The translations under genes were made by a program, and so were the position numbers. Below are positions 1-13,327 of a stretch of DNA of 64,000 bases, in pieces. Below the pieces are notes generated by a model. It was not told the DNA's origin and did not search any database. It was given only the letters and a program-made list of their open reading frames with translations. Source of the DNA: the human T2T-CHM13v2.0 reference genome, Homo sapiens. The stretch's first letter is position 1, and each line of letters begins with the position of its first letter. The DNA is taken from the NCBI RefSeq assembly GCF_009914755.1, contig NC_060937.1; one strand, given 5' to 3'.

Positions 1-204
1 AAAAATATTTGAGTATATTTTCAGTGTTTAATCTCTCAGTCTGAAATGTTCAGAGATTTGTACTAATTTTGTACAGGTGAAGGGTAAAGGTTCATTTATC
101 TCTGTATTTTTTCACATTATGCTGATTATACTTTTACTATAATTTACACAATAGCTTTGATTATTGTACAAATACATATAGCTAATATATTTAACACACT
201 TTAA

Positions 205-680
205 AGTTTCTTACTGGTTTCAGGATAAAATTGAAGTTTCCCATGCAAAGGGTGCATGGCCTGTGTGTACTTCTCTTACCCTTCTACTCCCTCACTTAGC
301 AAATTATGGTTTCCCAAACATAAGATACAATCTGAGGTATCTTTTGCTTAAGGCATATTCTTCCTCTGTGCTTGCTGTACCTCATGCTAGGCAAAATCCT
401 CTTTACCTTTCAAACACCACTCAAATGTGTCTTGGTGAAGCTTTCCCAGTGAAACGGTCCCCACTCTCCTCCACTCTCCACTTGTCTCCAGACAGAGTTA
501 AATATTATCTTTACTGTAATATGATATACGTTTATATTACTTTGCATGACGTAGAATTGTTTATATGCCGATGTATCTTATTAGATTATAGTTATCTTGT
601 TGACAGGGACTATTTAATATATGGCATCATATCTGCATCAGAGAAATTTGTTCCTGGCACATGATAGGCAAATAAAAACT
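205..680 (+). mobile_element. L2 LINE 3' fragment
   Basis: Degraded L2 3'-end pattern ending gacagggacta...cctggcacatgataggcaaataaa; boundaries approximate. Confidence 0.55.
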
Positions 681-709
681 CTCTCCTAAGGAAAAAAATG
701 ACTAATCGA

Positions 710-849
710 TTAACTCATTTCTGCCTGAGTTTGCAATTTTTTGAATTTGAAAAATCAGACCTTGACAATGACCTTGAGCAGTAGGATAGAAATAACTCCC
801 ACATGTTTAGAGTTCCAATAATGGAACACTGGGCATAAATGGATTTTAA
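710..849 (-). mobile_element. MER85 (non-autonomous piggyBac/PGBD3 MITE)
   Basis: 140 bp bounded by TTAA at 710-713 and 846-849. Degenerate terminal inverted repeats (ctcatttctgcc / ggcataaatgg) and internal palindrome GTTCCAATAATGGAAC at 812-827. Matches the recalled MER85 consensus in reverse. Confidence 0.9.
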
Positions 850-1061
850 TAAGAAAAAAATTGAATGGCAGGCAAATTGATCATTTGCTCACTAGTATCA
901 AAAGTAACTATTTTTGAATCTTAGAATCCTCTTTAGAATTGGGTTAATTTAGATAATTTTTGTCTTTTGTTTTTGTTTTAAACCTAACAGATACTTTTCT
1001 AGATATTTTATGTGCATTTTATTTTTTAATATGCACAGAGTTATTGTTGTGGTATTTTAAT

Positions 1062-1185
1062 ATTTATTTTATAGATGAAGAAGCTGAGGCTTGAAAGACT
1101 GATGTAACTTGCCCAATGTCATACAGACAGATTACAAGCAACATATGAATGCTATCCTGGCTGCAAAACCAATATTCTTCCGGTA
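1062..1185 (-). mobile_element. MIR fragment
   Basis: MIR core attttatagatgaagaagctgaggct...taacttgcccaatgtcatacag. Confidence 0.7.
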
Positions 1186-1430
1186 TTAGTTGAACATGCC
1201 CATTAGGTGCCAGGTAAGAAGCTTCAGGAGAGAAAATAAATCACCCACTAGAGACCTACTCCTTTAACTTTTAAAATTTATTTCTTATAAATTACTTTTG
1301 AGAATAGATTTTATTTTGCTCAAACTAGGCATTTACAACTTGAAAGTTAGACAGTTAAAAATGGATTATTGCAATCATGTTTTATTTGCTGTGGTTTCCC
1401 CCTAAATGAAAATATTAAAGAAAATATTCA

Positions 1431-1708
<278 letters not shown>

Positions 1709-1724
1709 AAGCATTCACTGTTTT

Positions 1725-1764
1725 ATACTTGCATACAGTGTGCTATACTTGCATACAGTGTGCT
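1725..1764. repeat. Perfect 20-bp tandem duplication
   Basis: atacttgcatacagtgtgct occurs twice (1725-1744, 1745-1764). Confidence 0.95.
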
Positions 1765-2694
1765 CTAACTGCAACTTTACATTGTACCTTAAAGCTTTTC
1801 AAGTTAAATATATCCACTTTGACCTCTATTTAAACCTTCTTTGAAACCAACATTTTATTGGTTTTAACTATATTGATTTTTCAATTGAAGATAACATTCC
1901 ATTCACATGAAAGTTCATTTGTTACAGCTTTCCATTTATAAGATCCTGCATCTTGATTTAATGTTATTTTCTTGCAGAAACTAAAGTTTGTAGGTCAATC
2001 TTGAAGAATGAGTACAACCACAAATATAGCAGATGCCTCATAAAATTATCTTCTGCTGCTTCTCTGTGACCTCTGTCAAGGAAATAACACTCAAACCCGC
2101 GTCAGCATGAACAGCTGTGGATGCCGCTGTTAGATAGCCCTGACCTATCCTCCGAAGGGTAGTGCCCAACAGGGAGGGAATGGTGATTTTCACAGAGTCA
2201 ATATTATTAACGCCAACATAAATCAGAAAATACTGCCTCAAATCTAATAATTAGATGCCACAGTTCATAAAAAGAAGCAAACTTCCTCTGTAATAAATCA
2301 ACTCAAGTTCTATGTAGACATTTATGGAAATGGTAATGACAATTACATAAAGATTTTTATATCCCTCAAAAGTTCATTTACAATAAATATGTAAATGGAT
2401 AAATTGCACATTTGTTTTGCAGTGAAGTACCTTAGAAATCATACTCTTCTTTCCTGCTGAAAGAGCTTTTAAGCAGAAATTCACCATGCAGAAGATGATA
2501 GAACTAAACCTTGCGGCTATTTTCATTAGGTTTCACTATCTGCAACTTATCTTGCTAGACCAATTCATAAGTAGTAAGGAAGATGCAAACGCAAGAATTT
2601 GACTCAGATAGCCAAATTATTCAGCAAAATAAGCGTTTTCATATTACAGTTTTTCCACTTGATCAATAAGTCTTTTTATATAAAAATCCATCTT

Positions 2695-2840
2695 TATGTG
2701 TATGTATAGATATACACACATTTATACACACACATAAAACATATACACAAAACACACACATAAAAACACACACATATATGTATCACACACACCTGCCACA
2801 CACATTTACATTCACATATTCACGTACATGGGAACACACT
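2695..2840. repeat. Degenerate (CA/TA)n low-complexity tract
   Basis: Runs of acacac/atatac read directly. Confidence 0.8.
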
Positions 2841-2991
2841 CCAGCTTATCTGGTTTAAGGTTCTCTAATAACTTGTTATTAGCTTTTAGCTGACACTGAA
2901 TACATAAACTTTAGCCTAAGAAATCTCTGAATAAAAGGAAAAGGGCTATATGTGTTTCATTAATTAAAATTTGTGTTTCAGTTTAAGCATG

Positions 2992-3353
2992 TGATATGGT
3001 TTGGCTGTGTCCTCACCCATCTCATCTTGAATTGCAGCTCCCATAATTCCCACATGTCATTGGAGGGATCTGGTGGGACATAGTTGAATCATGGGGGTGG
3101 GTCTTTCCTGAGCTGTTCTCGTGGTAGTGAATAAGTCTCACAAAATCTGATGGTTTTATAAAAGGGAGTTCCCCTGCACAAGCTCTCTTGCCTGCTGCCA
3201 TGGGAGATGTGACTTTGCTCCTCATTTGCCTTCAACCATGTTTATGAGGCTTCCCCAGCCATGTGGAAATGCAAGTCAATTAAACCTCTTTCCTTTGTAA
3301 ATTACCTAGTCTCAGGTATGTCTTTATTAGCAATGTGAGAACAGACTAATACA
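2992..3353 (+). mobile_element. THE1 (ERVL-MaLR) solo LTR, THE1C-like
   Basis: Starts tgatatggtttggctgtgtc, ends gaacagactaataca, about 360 bp, attaaa polyA signal near the 3' end. Confidence 0.92.
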
Positions 3354-3754
3354 GTGAGCTTGATCTCCATAGTTTTCCATAAGCTCAGGAAGTTAAATCA
3401 AAATAAACAAATTTCCATGTATTGAAATGTGTTCTCCTCTGGAAGAAACCTTTTGGCTGCTTTATGGCACACAAATATCAAAATGAGTTTTATACATTTG
3501 AATTAGTGATTCCATGCAAATGCAGTCTTCAACTATCCCCTGATGTATTTCTGGTATCTTGTTACCCAGATGTAGTTCTGAATCCAGGGAGCTACAAGTT
3601 TTCCTCATGGACTGTGTTTGAGCTGCAGGCACATGTGGGAAGAACATCATTAAAATCATTTATTTTATTAAACCATGAAAAGATGTAAGTGTAGATCATT
3701 TCAAAATTAGGGCAAGTTGAGGGAGAAAATGATCCTCTAAAAATAGATACTACA

Positions 3755-4775
3755 TTAATTTATTCAACAAGTTAGTTATAGATTATCTTCTCCATGCCAA
3801 GTTTGGGAATATAGCAATGAAATTAAAAAAGACCAAGCAACCACTCTCATGATTTTTAAAATCTCATGAGTTTTAAAACTTAGTGAGGAGCAACAGATAG
3901 TGAACAAGTAAACTACCATTTAATATAAAGAGTAACATATCACAAAGAAAAAAAATCAGGTAGGATATAGAGATAGTGAGAAAAAGCTGATACTTTACAG
4001 ATTGGGCAAGAAGCTTTTCTCAATGAAACCCAAACATGTAGAATCTAGAAGTGTCAATATTCTGGGAAACTGTGAAATGAGTAAAGAAGAAAAGGGCAGA
4101 AAATCAAGAGAAAGAGTGAGAAGCTGAGGGATCATGGTGGCCTTTCAGCCTGTATTAAGGAATCTGGATTTTATTCCAGGTGAGACAGAAAACCAGTGGA
4201 AAGGCTAGGGCAGAAAGGTGACATCGAATTATTAGGTTTTATAAACTTACCTTCTATTATTCTGTGGAAAATAAATGAAAAGTGGTCAAAAGCAGCATGA
4301 GAGATACCAGTTTGGAGGCTCCTGAAATAAGCCAGGAGTAAAGGAGGTAGGGGTAGGGGGAAGTAATAGCATGATATATATTTTACTAATATTATTATTA
4401 TTATTAACATTATTGTTAACTGTTTTTAGAGGGAGTGTCTCTGTTGTCCAGGCTGGAGTGCAGTGGTGGATCATAGCTCACTGCAACCTCAATCTCAGGG
4501 CTCTGGTAATTCTCCCACCTCAGCCTCCCGAGTAGCTGGAACTACAGACACATTCACTAAGTCTGGCTAATTTTTGTTCCAGGTTTGTAGAGATGGGGGT
4601 CTTGCTACATTGCTCAGGCTGTTCTCAACCTCTCAGCCCCAAACTATTCTCCTGCCTTTGCCTCCCAAAATTCTGTGATTACGAACAGGAAACACCATGC
4701 AAAGCCGGGATCCTGAGACATTTTGTAGGTAGGGTTGACATGATTTGCAATAGACTAGATGTTAGGTGGGAAAGA
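3755..4775 (-). mobile_element. L2 fragment interrupted by an AluJ
   Basis: atttattcaacaa start and purine-rich L2 antisense pattern (ggattttattccagg...gaaaaccagtgga); resumes after 4706. Confidence 0.55.
4388..4706 (-). mobile_element. AluJ
   Basis: Highly diverged antisense Alu with the gatcatagctcactgc J-type variant and an (ATT)n-derived tail. Confidence 0.88.
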
Positions 4776-5209
4776 ACAACACCTTAATAATGTTGGTTTC
4801 CTCATAGTCCCTTTATTTTCTAATACTTTTTTTTCTCACTTAAGCTTTCACTGTTTCATCCCCATGAGTCATTTCAAGCAAAAATACTAGAGACAAAAAA
4901 TATTAGAGACAAATAACCATGCAGAGTACAAATGGAAAATAAAATACACAGTTTTCTGTGTACTCTACATTTTCTTCTCCACAAATAATTCAGGATGCTC
5001 ATATAAACTTTCTAGTAGCCATCTCTTTATGAATTCTGACAAGAGCTGTCTTTGTCTTTGGCATAATTCCATCCCTTTTCAAACAGCATTGCTTTGGATC
5101 GTTCCCTTTCCTAAAGGAATGGAACCCTTTTTCTAGACCTTGCTACCTATAGTCTCTTCATATAATCCATCCTCGTTAAGCCCCTCTACTGGTCTAGGCA
5201 GTCAGTTAC

Positions 5210-5400
5210 AATATACTTATTCAACAATTAGTATATTCCAGGCATGCTTCTGTTCACTTCATGATTTCCGTATACAAAATCGTAAGTTAGGCTCTATTTT
5301 CTCAGATTTTATACACAAGGAAACTGAGCAAAAGAGTAGTTAAGTAATTTGTTCAGCATCACCCACCCAGTGAGAAACAATCCAGGATTCAGTTCCTGCC
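5210..5400 (-). mobile_element. MIR fragment
   Basis: tttatacacaaggaaactgagc...ttaagtaatttgttcagcatcac core. Confidence 0.6.
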
Positions 5401-6888
5401 AACCTGGCTGATTTTGTTCTGTCAACCTTCAGGCTATGAGGTCTCATCCATAATCCACCCCCCAACCCCTTCCAGCCAGTAAAACTTACTGCCTGTTACT
5501 TCCTCTAAGTCCTGGTTTTCTCCGGAAAACTAGCCTGGTGATACTTTTTATCAGGTAAATTACCTAGAGCTAATCTAGTCTCTAACAAAAAGCAAAGAAA
5601 GAAAAACAAACATAAAAACAAAATAAAAACTTCTGTTTGGCACCAGTGGTACCTCAATCCAATTGAAATGGATCAACTGTCAAAACACCATGCTACTCAA
5701 CAATTCCACAGGCAATTGGAAAACATCTGTTTGACTAGGTATCTTACTGCTTTTGTTTGTTCACAAGAAACAAAAGATTATTTCAGAAAAAAAGATACAG
5801 AAAGATTTTATTTAAAGCTATTATACTTTATTGAGGGACCTAAGAAAAGGAAAGGAAGTGTGTTGAGACCTCATTAGAGACCAACAGCAGAAATATTAGG
5901 AAGCTTGTCTCAATTTTTCTCCTTAACGTGGACACTGGACCTTGTTCTTTCTGCCACATACCATTATCTTCACTTTGTATCCAAAGATTTATCTTCTTCA
6001 ACATGGGCACATGACCGTTAATAACCACATATAAAACTCAAGTTTATGGTCTCAGTGCAAATAATCAGCAAAAATTAATCATGGCCCATAAACTTCACTT
6101 TCAAATTCTTGGAGAAAAAAAATCTGTGTTTTCAAGCTGGAGTTAGAAGACTACCTGTAGCATTCCATTATACCAACATCACTGTCAAGTCCCTGGGAAT
6201 AGCTTTAAGTGGATGGCCCAAATGACCGAAAGTTTTATGAAAATGGTAAGGGAAAATTCAATGCCATTTTAAATTAGCATTGAAAGCTGCCATTGTAACT
6301 CCATTCAAACTGTGCTAGATTCCTAAAGGCAGTGATACACCTACTATACGGATGTGGTGATTAACTGAGATACATGCATGTGCACATATATTAGTTGTAT
6401 GTCCATATTTATTTTCCATATTCAAAGAATATGTATTTCAAATTATCTCCTAGTGTAATTTTTCTGAGAGATGACTAAAGGAGGTAAACATTGAGCTAAC
6501 TCTTGTTTCTATGCCCCTGCTTTCTGTTCTTACTTATGCTCTTTCAAAATGCCCTATTTTCTCCCCTTTCTATTCAAATCTCAGCCAGGTATAAATTTTA
6601 CTACTTTAATGTCTCCCCTTAACTATCTCAATTTACATTAGGATATCTATTTTCCCCATAGTGTTAAGCATAGTCTTATATGCGTAGCCCCTCAAAGGTT
6701 CCTTTACACCTAAGAAAAACTCATTAAACATTTGGTGAATTCATCAGTTGTAGTTAATAATAAATACTTGTTTATTTTTGAATTTTCATTCCATAATCTC
6801 TGTTTTAGTTCAGGATTCTGCTATCAATCAATTACACTAAGGATTATAAGGAAGTAATACTCAAAAGCGTTTTTGACTCTAAATGTTT

Positions 6889-7170
6889 GTTTTTTTTTTT
6901 TTGAGACGGAGTTTTGCTCTGTCGCCCAGGCTGGAGTGCAGTGGCGCGATCTCAGCTCACTGCAACCTCTGCCTCTTGAGTCAAGCCTCAGCCTCCTGAG
7001 TAGCTGGGATTACAAGTGCGCACCACCATGGCTGGCTAATTTTTGTATTTTTAGTAGAGACAGGGTTTCATCATGTTGGTCAGGCTGGTCTTGAACTCCT
7101 GACCTCGTGATCTGCTGGCCTCGGCCTCCCAAAGTGTTGGGATTACAGGCATGAGCCACCGTGCCCGGCC
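6889..7170 (-). mobile_element. AluS
   Basis: Poly-T, antisense Alu ending gtgcccggcc; TSD ttgactctaaatgttt (6873-6888) / ttgactctagatattt (7171-7186); small internal deletion near 6985. Confidence 0.95.
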
Positions 7171-8537
7171 TTGACTCTAGATATTTCTTTATTTCTCAAA
7201 AAAATAGCTTCTCATATAATACAAAATAGAGGCAGTGTTTGTTTGATGGAGAATTAAAATCATGTACAAGGGGCCTTATTCCCATATGTGTTCTCTGCTG
7301 TATTAATAGCAGATAAGACTATTAATAATTTCAAACATAAGCATAGCTGTATGTATAATATAGTTACTTTACATAAATATTTATTATATCTATTTTTTAT
7401 TAATCTATAAATTCATGATTATCTCTTAGAATGATTTTACAATAAAAAATAGTTTCTATAATGTAAACTGTATCCCATAGGTCTTTTCTGGTTCCAATTC
7501 CCCTGGTATAATTTCATATCTCTTTACTTTTGAAATCTATTTTGCATTAAAAGACTCTTCTAGATAATACATTGCTGAATTTTTCTCTGTGCATCTGTGT
7601 CTCTGTCTGAAGGTGAGTTATGCATAAGTGCACATTTCAAATGAGTTTGAGAAAACTTTTTATTAATTTTATATATATGTAGTTACTATTTTTATAATTT
7701 TCAGCTATATTATTCTGTGTTTCTATTTCTCTTAAGTTTCTTTCTCTTTTTTCCTTTTTCCAGTTTCCATTGAAGTTATAATTTATTTTCATCTGGTTTT
7801 ATGGTTGAACATTGCATGTTTACATTTCTGGCTTTTCTATGAGATATATGATTTTTACTTTTGGCACTTTGTTCATGCTCTCTATTTCCAATATCTGCCC
7901 TTATTTCTTTGAGAGTATCTAACATCTTCATTATACACTTTTTTTTGGTTTGGTTTATTATGGCTGGTTCAATTGTACCAGAATATTATTCTTTTATTAT
8001 TATTTTTTAAAAATCTTTGTATATAGCAGTTGAGCTCCTCAGATGTTCAGTTTTCTTTGTGAGCTCACATCCCTTGAGATATCAACTACTTGCCTGGCAA
8101 TGTCAAGGAGACACAAACCTCAGTGGTTCCTTTCACTTTCTAAAGTTACCAGTTGCTGTATAACCCAAGAATTTAGTTTACTCCAGCAATTCTGCTTCAC
8201 AGATAAATAACTTCCTCTAATTCTCTCTCAAGTGTTGCTATTTCCTAAGAACTATTATACTTGGATATAATCACCTACCCTCATGGTCTACACCTACACT
8301 CTGTGACAAGGGCTTCCAGAGACCCACCAATTTTGCATTAGTTGTGCCCCATCCTAGTCAACATTAAGAACAAACTTTGTTATTTATCTCATACTCCAGG
8401 CTAGTGATGGGTTACTGACATTCTTTTCAATCTTGGATTGTTGATTTAATGTGAAAGATATACCAAGGGCAATAATGGAAACAGGGCACAAAGAGAATGA
8501 CAAAATATCTGCTCTGTCTTATATGTGGCACATATGC

Positions 8538-8698
8538 TCGCTCTTTCTTTTTCTTTCTCTTTCTTTCTTTCCTTCTTTCTTTCTTTCTTTCTTTCTCTTT
8601 CTTTCTTTCTTTCTTTTTCTTTCTTCCTTCTTTCTTTCTTTCTCTCTCTCTCTCTTTCTCTTTTTTATTCTTTCCTTCTTTCTCTCTCTCTCTTCCCT
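8538..8698. repeat. (TTTC)n/(TC)n polypyrimidine tract, expanded tail of the adjacent FLAM
   Basis: About 160 nt almost purely C/T. Confidence 0.92.
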
Positions 8699-8700
8699 TA

Positions 8701-8820
8701 CTGAGTTGGAGTCTCTCACTATTTTGCCCAGGCTGGTCTCAAATTCCTGGGCTCTGCTTATCCTCCTGCTTCAACCTTCTTAGTAGCTGGGACTGCAGGA
8801 ATGCATTACCACACCTGGCT
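8701..8820 (-). mobile_element. FLAM (free left Alu monomer)
   Basis: Single ~120-bp monomer: ttgcccaggctggtctcaaattcctgggctc...tagctgggactgcagg...cacacctggct. Confidence 0.8.
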
Positions 8821-9688
8821 TCACACTATTTCTTATTCGAAATTACTAAGTCATTCTCTGATTGTAACATTCCGTTGTCACCCTGTTTATCTTGCAATTA
8901 TTATGTTAGAACCACTATATACACATATATAGCATTTTTACACTATAACATTAAAAATGGGTTATAAATTACAGAAATATTTTATATATATTTTGACATA
9001 TTTAAATATTAACAACATTCAAATATAATATGTTCATAGTTGTATCATGTAATCACTTCAAATATCTCATAGAAAACCTTTTCATCTCTAGGTTTTGGAT
9101 ATAATAATTTCTCAGAAAGTAGATTTAAAATTACAATAATATATTTCCATAGTTTAAAAGAAGTTTCCAAGACCAAAAAGTAAGAGCATGAAGTAGCACA
9201 ACGGCAAAAGGATATAAAACAAATGGAAATATTCTAATAACTGACCCTGAGCTTAGTAGACTAAGAAAACTTGATATTATCAATGAACTGGGAACATATT
9301 AGTCTCCAGTTGACCAATACTTCCACTTCTGCTTTAGGACTCTCCTCTCCAGAAGCAGTACCTCAAACAGTAAATAGCTATTCAGAATAATGTTTATTTA
9401 GCAGAAACTTCAGAAAGGGGCATGGATATCTCCACAAGAGGTAGCTCTGTTTCTGCCACCCCCACACCTGCCCCCACCCCCTCCCCCCCCCAACACACGT
9501 ACACTTCAAGTAAATCATGGATCATGAACATGAGATTTTGTGTTTTTTCCTAGAGCAAAGCTAGATTCTGGATTGTAACCCACAGCCATCTCTTGTGACT
9601 ATGTTACACTTGTCTCTGCTTCTACTACTTATTTCTTAGCCAATTTTCTTTGCATATGCTTTCATTCAGGAAGATCTCAGCATCTTGC

Positions 9689-11110
9689 TTTTATGAGATC
9701 ATTGGAATGTCATTTTTCTGGCCAGAAACCTGTGGCCAATTGTGCCTTTGTCTGAGTTTTGCTCAGGCCAGCTGGGCTTGTTTCACGCACTCGGCCTTGC
9801 AGGCTGCGCTTAAATCACACTACCAACCTACATCCCGCACCTCTAAGGTAGACTGCGAGTCAGGCGTGGAGCGACAAGGGGTGTGTAAGCAAGCGTAGGG
9901 TCCAATCACTATGTAGCCAGGCACGCTGGCTACAGCTACGGGGTGGGCAGCTCCAGGTGCCTGCATGGGCGTCAGCTCTCTGGGAGGTTGTGGCTGGACC
10001 AGGAGCACTGCAAGCAGCTTCCCTGACTGGCACTGGGAAATGCAGTGTGGCCTAGAAGCTTGGAGATGCCAGGAACCACAGGGCCCAAAGAAGGAGTCAT
10101 AGCATTGGCTCAGGGAGCTCCCAGGTCTGAGCTCCCTGAAGGGCTGCAGCTTTTCTCTTCTTCTCTTCACTTGCAACGTGGCAACCAAAGAGCATGTTTC
10201 CACCCTGTGTGTGTTACAGCTCTTTCAGCTTCGCCATTTGGCAGGACCCAAGTTCTTTCCCTGCTACCAGAAAAAATGGGATATGTGGACAAGTAGCGGG
10301 TGAGTAAGACAAAGTGGAGCTTTATTGAGCAATATAACAGCTCAGAGAGGACCTGGAGTGGGAAGGCCCTTTCCACATCCAGGATGTCCTGATGAGTGTT
10401 CAGCTCCTAGCAGGGAGGAGACCATAGAGAAGGAAACTCCTCTCTGCAGGCAGGTCATCCCATCATCTCTGCAGCTCTCAGCAGAAAGGGTATCTCCTCT
10501 CCGCAGTTGGTTGTCCAGACATCTGCTTAGCTCTGACTGATCCTGGGGCTTTTATGGGCCTCAGAGGGGAGGAAGTGTGCACCCATAGGTCCATGGGTGG
10601 CCATTGATGGGCCCAGAAAAGACACCACAAGTTCCCACTCTAGTCTGTGGGACTGGAAGCCCACCCCACAGCCATCAGGTCCTCCCCAGCCTGAAGGTGG
10701 GGCCTCACTGGGGACCTGCCCCTTTCTCCCCAGGAAGCTGTCTGCCTCCTACTGCCATTCATGGTGCCTGGGCTTGGCCCTGACTTTGCTCCAAGATCGG
10801 AGCTGGTGAGGCGCCGACAGCAGAGAGAAGCCAGGCAGCAGGAGCAGGCATTTCCGAGCCTGCAAAGGCAGGGGGACCTTCCTGGGCCCCCAGTAGGGAA
10901 GGGTTGCCTGGGTCCACAGCCTCTATTTGCTTGCAGCTGCACCTGGGTAGGTGGGGGTCCTGCATGCTCTGTGGAGCTGGAGGCCGAAGTCTGCAGCTGT
11001 GATCTGGATAGCTGCAACTGTGCCCAGGATGGGGGTCTCCCGCCTGCTCCATGAAGCATGATGCCCCAGCCATGGCTCCCTGCTGCAGCCAGCATGATGG
11101 CACTATTATG
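9689..11110 (-). mobile_element. MER52A-like ERV1 solo LTR
   Basis: 1.4-kb GC-rich block. The reverse complement reads gccatcatgctggctgcagcagggag...ccgatcttggagcaaagtcagggccaagcccaggcaccatgaatggcagtaggaggcagacag, as in the recalled MER52A; antisense polyA signal tttatt at 10321. Confidence 0.85.
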
Positions 11111-11892
11111 ATATAAATAATCCTCTATGATGAAACAGTTCTACACATTTGTACATCATATACCAAAACAACATATAAAATTCAAAAAATAGAAATAGTC
11201 TACAAATAATATATACAAATTATCTGTAAGTATCTATAAATGTAGAAAGGAATGTGTGTGCATTAGTATATTGCTCATAACACTCATGCATCTTATATAG
11301 CTGGTGGAATTATTTTATTCAGAAGATTATTAGAAATAGTCTTATCTTATATCACTAGAGTTATTTTATTTTGTCATTTCAAATAACTGAAATTTTGTAT
11401 ATTTAAGCTGCTAAAATATTTCAGAAGATTATGAATTATTTTTTGTTTCTCTTGGGAAATGATTATTATTTAAAGATAATTCATCTTATATCTATTAAAT
11501 TAATCCTATATTATTATTCATTAGAAAAGATAGCTTACTATCTATTGCGGCAATATTATTACATGAAAGTAGCATACATAATCATGATTATTTATTCTTT
11601 GGTAATTTCTCAATTGAGAAAAACTTAGAGGATGCTAAAATAGCTTTTTGAAAGAAAACTCACTAGCATTGTATAGATAGATAGGTAGATAGATAGACAT
11701 ATAGATAGAGATGTGTTTATGAATATATAGAATTTTGTAATGACATTTAGACATATTTTAAATATCTTGTTGATATTTCCAGTTTATTCATTTTGTACTT
11801 TCATTGTTGGTAAATTTTCATAAACAGTAGCTTTATGTATTCAAAATACATAGGTGGAATGCTTCAGTTCCCTGCTGCAAAAACTGGATTTT

Positions 11893-12030
11893 CAGGGCAG
11901 CAGCACCATGATCACCTAAGTGCTTGTTAAAAATGCAGAATCTTGGGCCCCATCCCAAATCTACTGAATCAAATTCTACATTTTAACAAGATCCCCAGGT
12001 AATGCTATACATGCTAAAATTAGACATACA
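11893..12030. mobile_element. MER5-family (hAT-Charlie) fragment
   Basis: cttgttaaaaatgcagaatcttgggccccatcccaaatctactgaatcaaattctacattttaacaagatccccaggt. Confidence 0.82.
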
Positions 12031-13053
12031 GAGTTTTCATTTGTGAATCTTGTTTAACATGTGTAAGTAAACTACTTCATAAAAAAGTACAAGTTTGGAT
12101 TGGTAAAGTTAGGATGTGTGTTATTCATTTCTTTGCATAATTAATGTACAATTATAACAGTGGTGATAGTTTTTAGGCAAATGATGTTTACTTGATTCTG
12201 AGCCATATTGATTTCTTCTTCATTCATGTCTAGTTGATTTTACTTAGAAACATGAATTCAGAAATGAAGTGCCATAGAGGACTGTATTTTAAGGATTTAT
12301 TATATTAATGCATGTTTCTATCAGAAGCACTATGCAAGCTCATGTAATTCTTAGCTATATCTAATGTCAGAGCTTCCCATTTGCTGTATTGAGGTTAGAG
12401 ATAAATTGATGAACTTCAGCCTTAGAGTAGATGAACCAATTATCAGTTATTCCAATAATTGTTTTATTTACCCAGTATGCTTTCTAATAGCATCCATGGT
12501 AATGGTGTGCATAACTTCTGAAAGATAATGTACTTATTTATGCTATACATGAACTACGTTGTTTGGTATATTATATATGTAATATTAACAAGGTTTATTG
12601 ATGGCCATTTTTATATCTGTGAAATAAGATTATGAAATAAAAAGAGTACACATGTGATTTATTGTTTTACTGTTGGTGGGCTGGACGTGGCAGGAAATGA
12701 AATTAAACATACTTGAACTCAGTTTTCTTAGGACAATAGCCTTACAATTATAGAGGGAGACTATGGTCCAATAGAGTCGCTCTTGTCACTCATACGCTGT
12801 GGTATTACATGTTTTGCTTTGATTACCCTAGCTTCAAATCACCATGGAATCTACCTTTTAAATTATTTCTGAAGCATGATAAACCACTTTTAAAGGTAAA
12901 AAGAGCAGTATCAAGAATATAAGAAAAGATATTTAAAGAAAAATGACAGTTTGCAAAAAAACATTTTGAGATATAATTACTACATAATTTGCAAGATAAT
13001 TGAGCTACTCAGTCATTGACTTATACACTCATCTCTTAGTAATTGTCCCTGCC

Positions 13054-13327
<274 letters not shown>

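Noticed and set aside
263-664. 133-aa ORF
   Set aside because: Non-ATG start, lies in degraded L2 sequence, no recognisable domain.
730-845. Possible snoRNA/small-RNA pseudogene
   Set aside because: Better explained as MER85 (TTAA ends, inverted termini, known palindrome).
8451-8967. 110-156-aa F/L/S-rich and K/E/R-rich ORFs
   Set aside because: Translation artefacts of the (TTTC)n tract and FLAM.
9650-11103. Cluster of overlapping ORFs up to 151 aa suggesting a gene or CpG island
   Set aside because: Essentially all within the GC-rich MER52A LTR, where stops are rare; CpGs are largely decayed.
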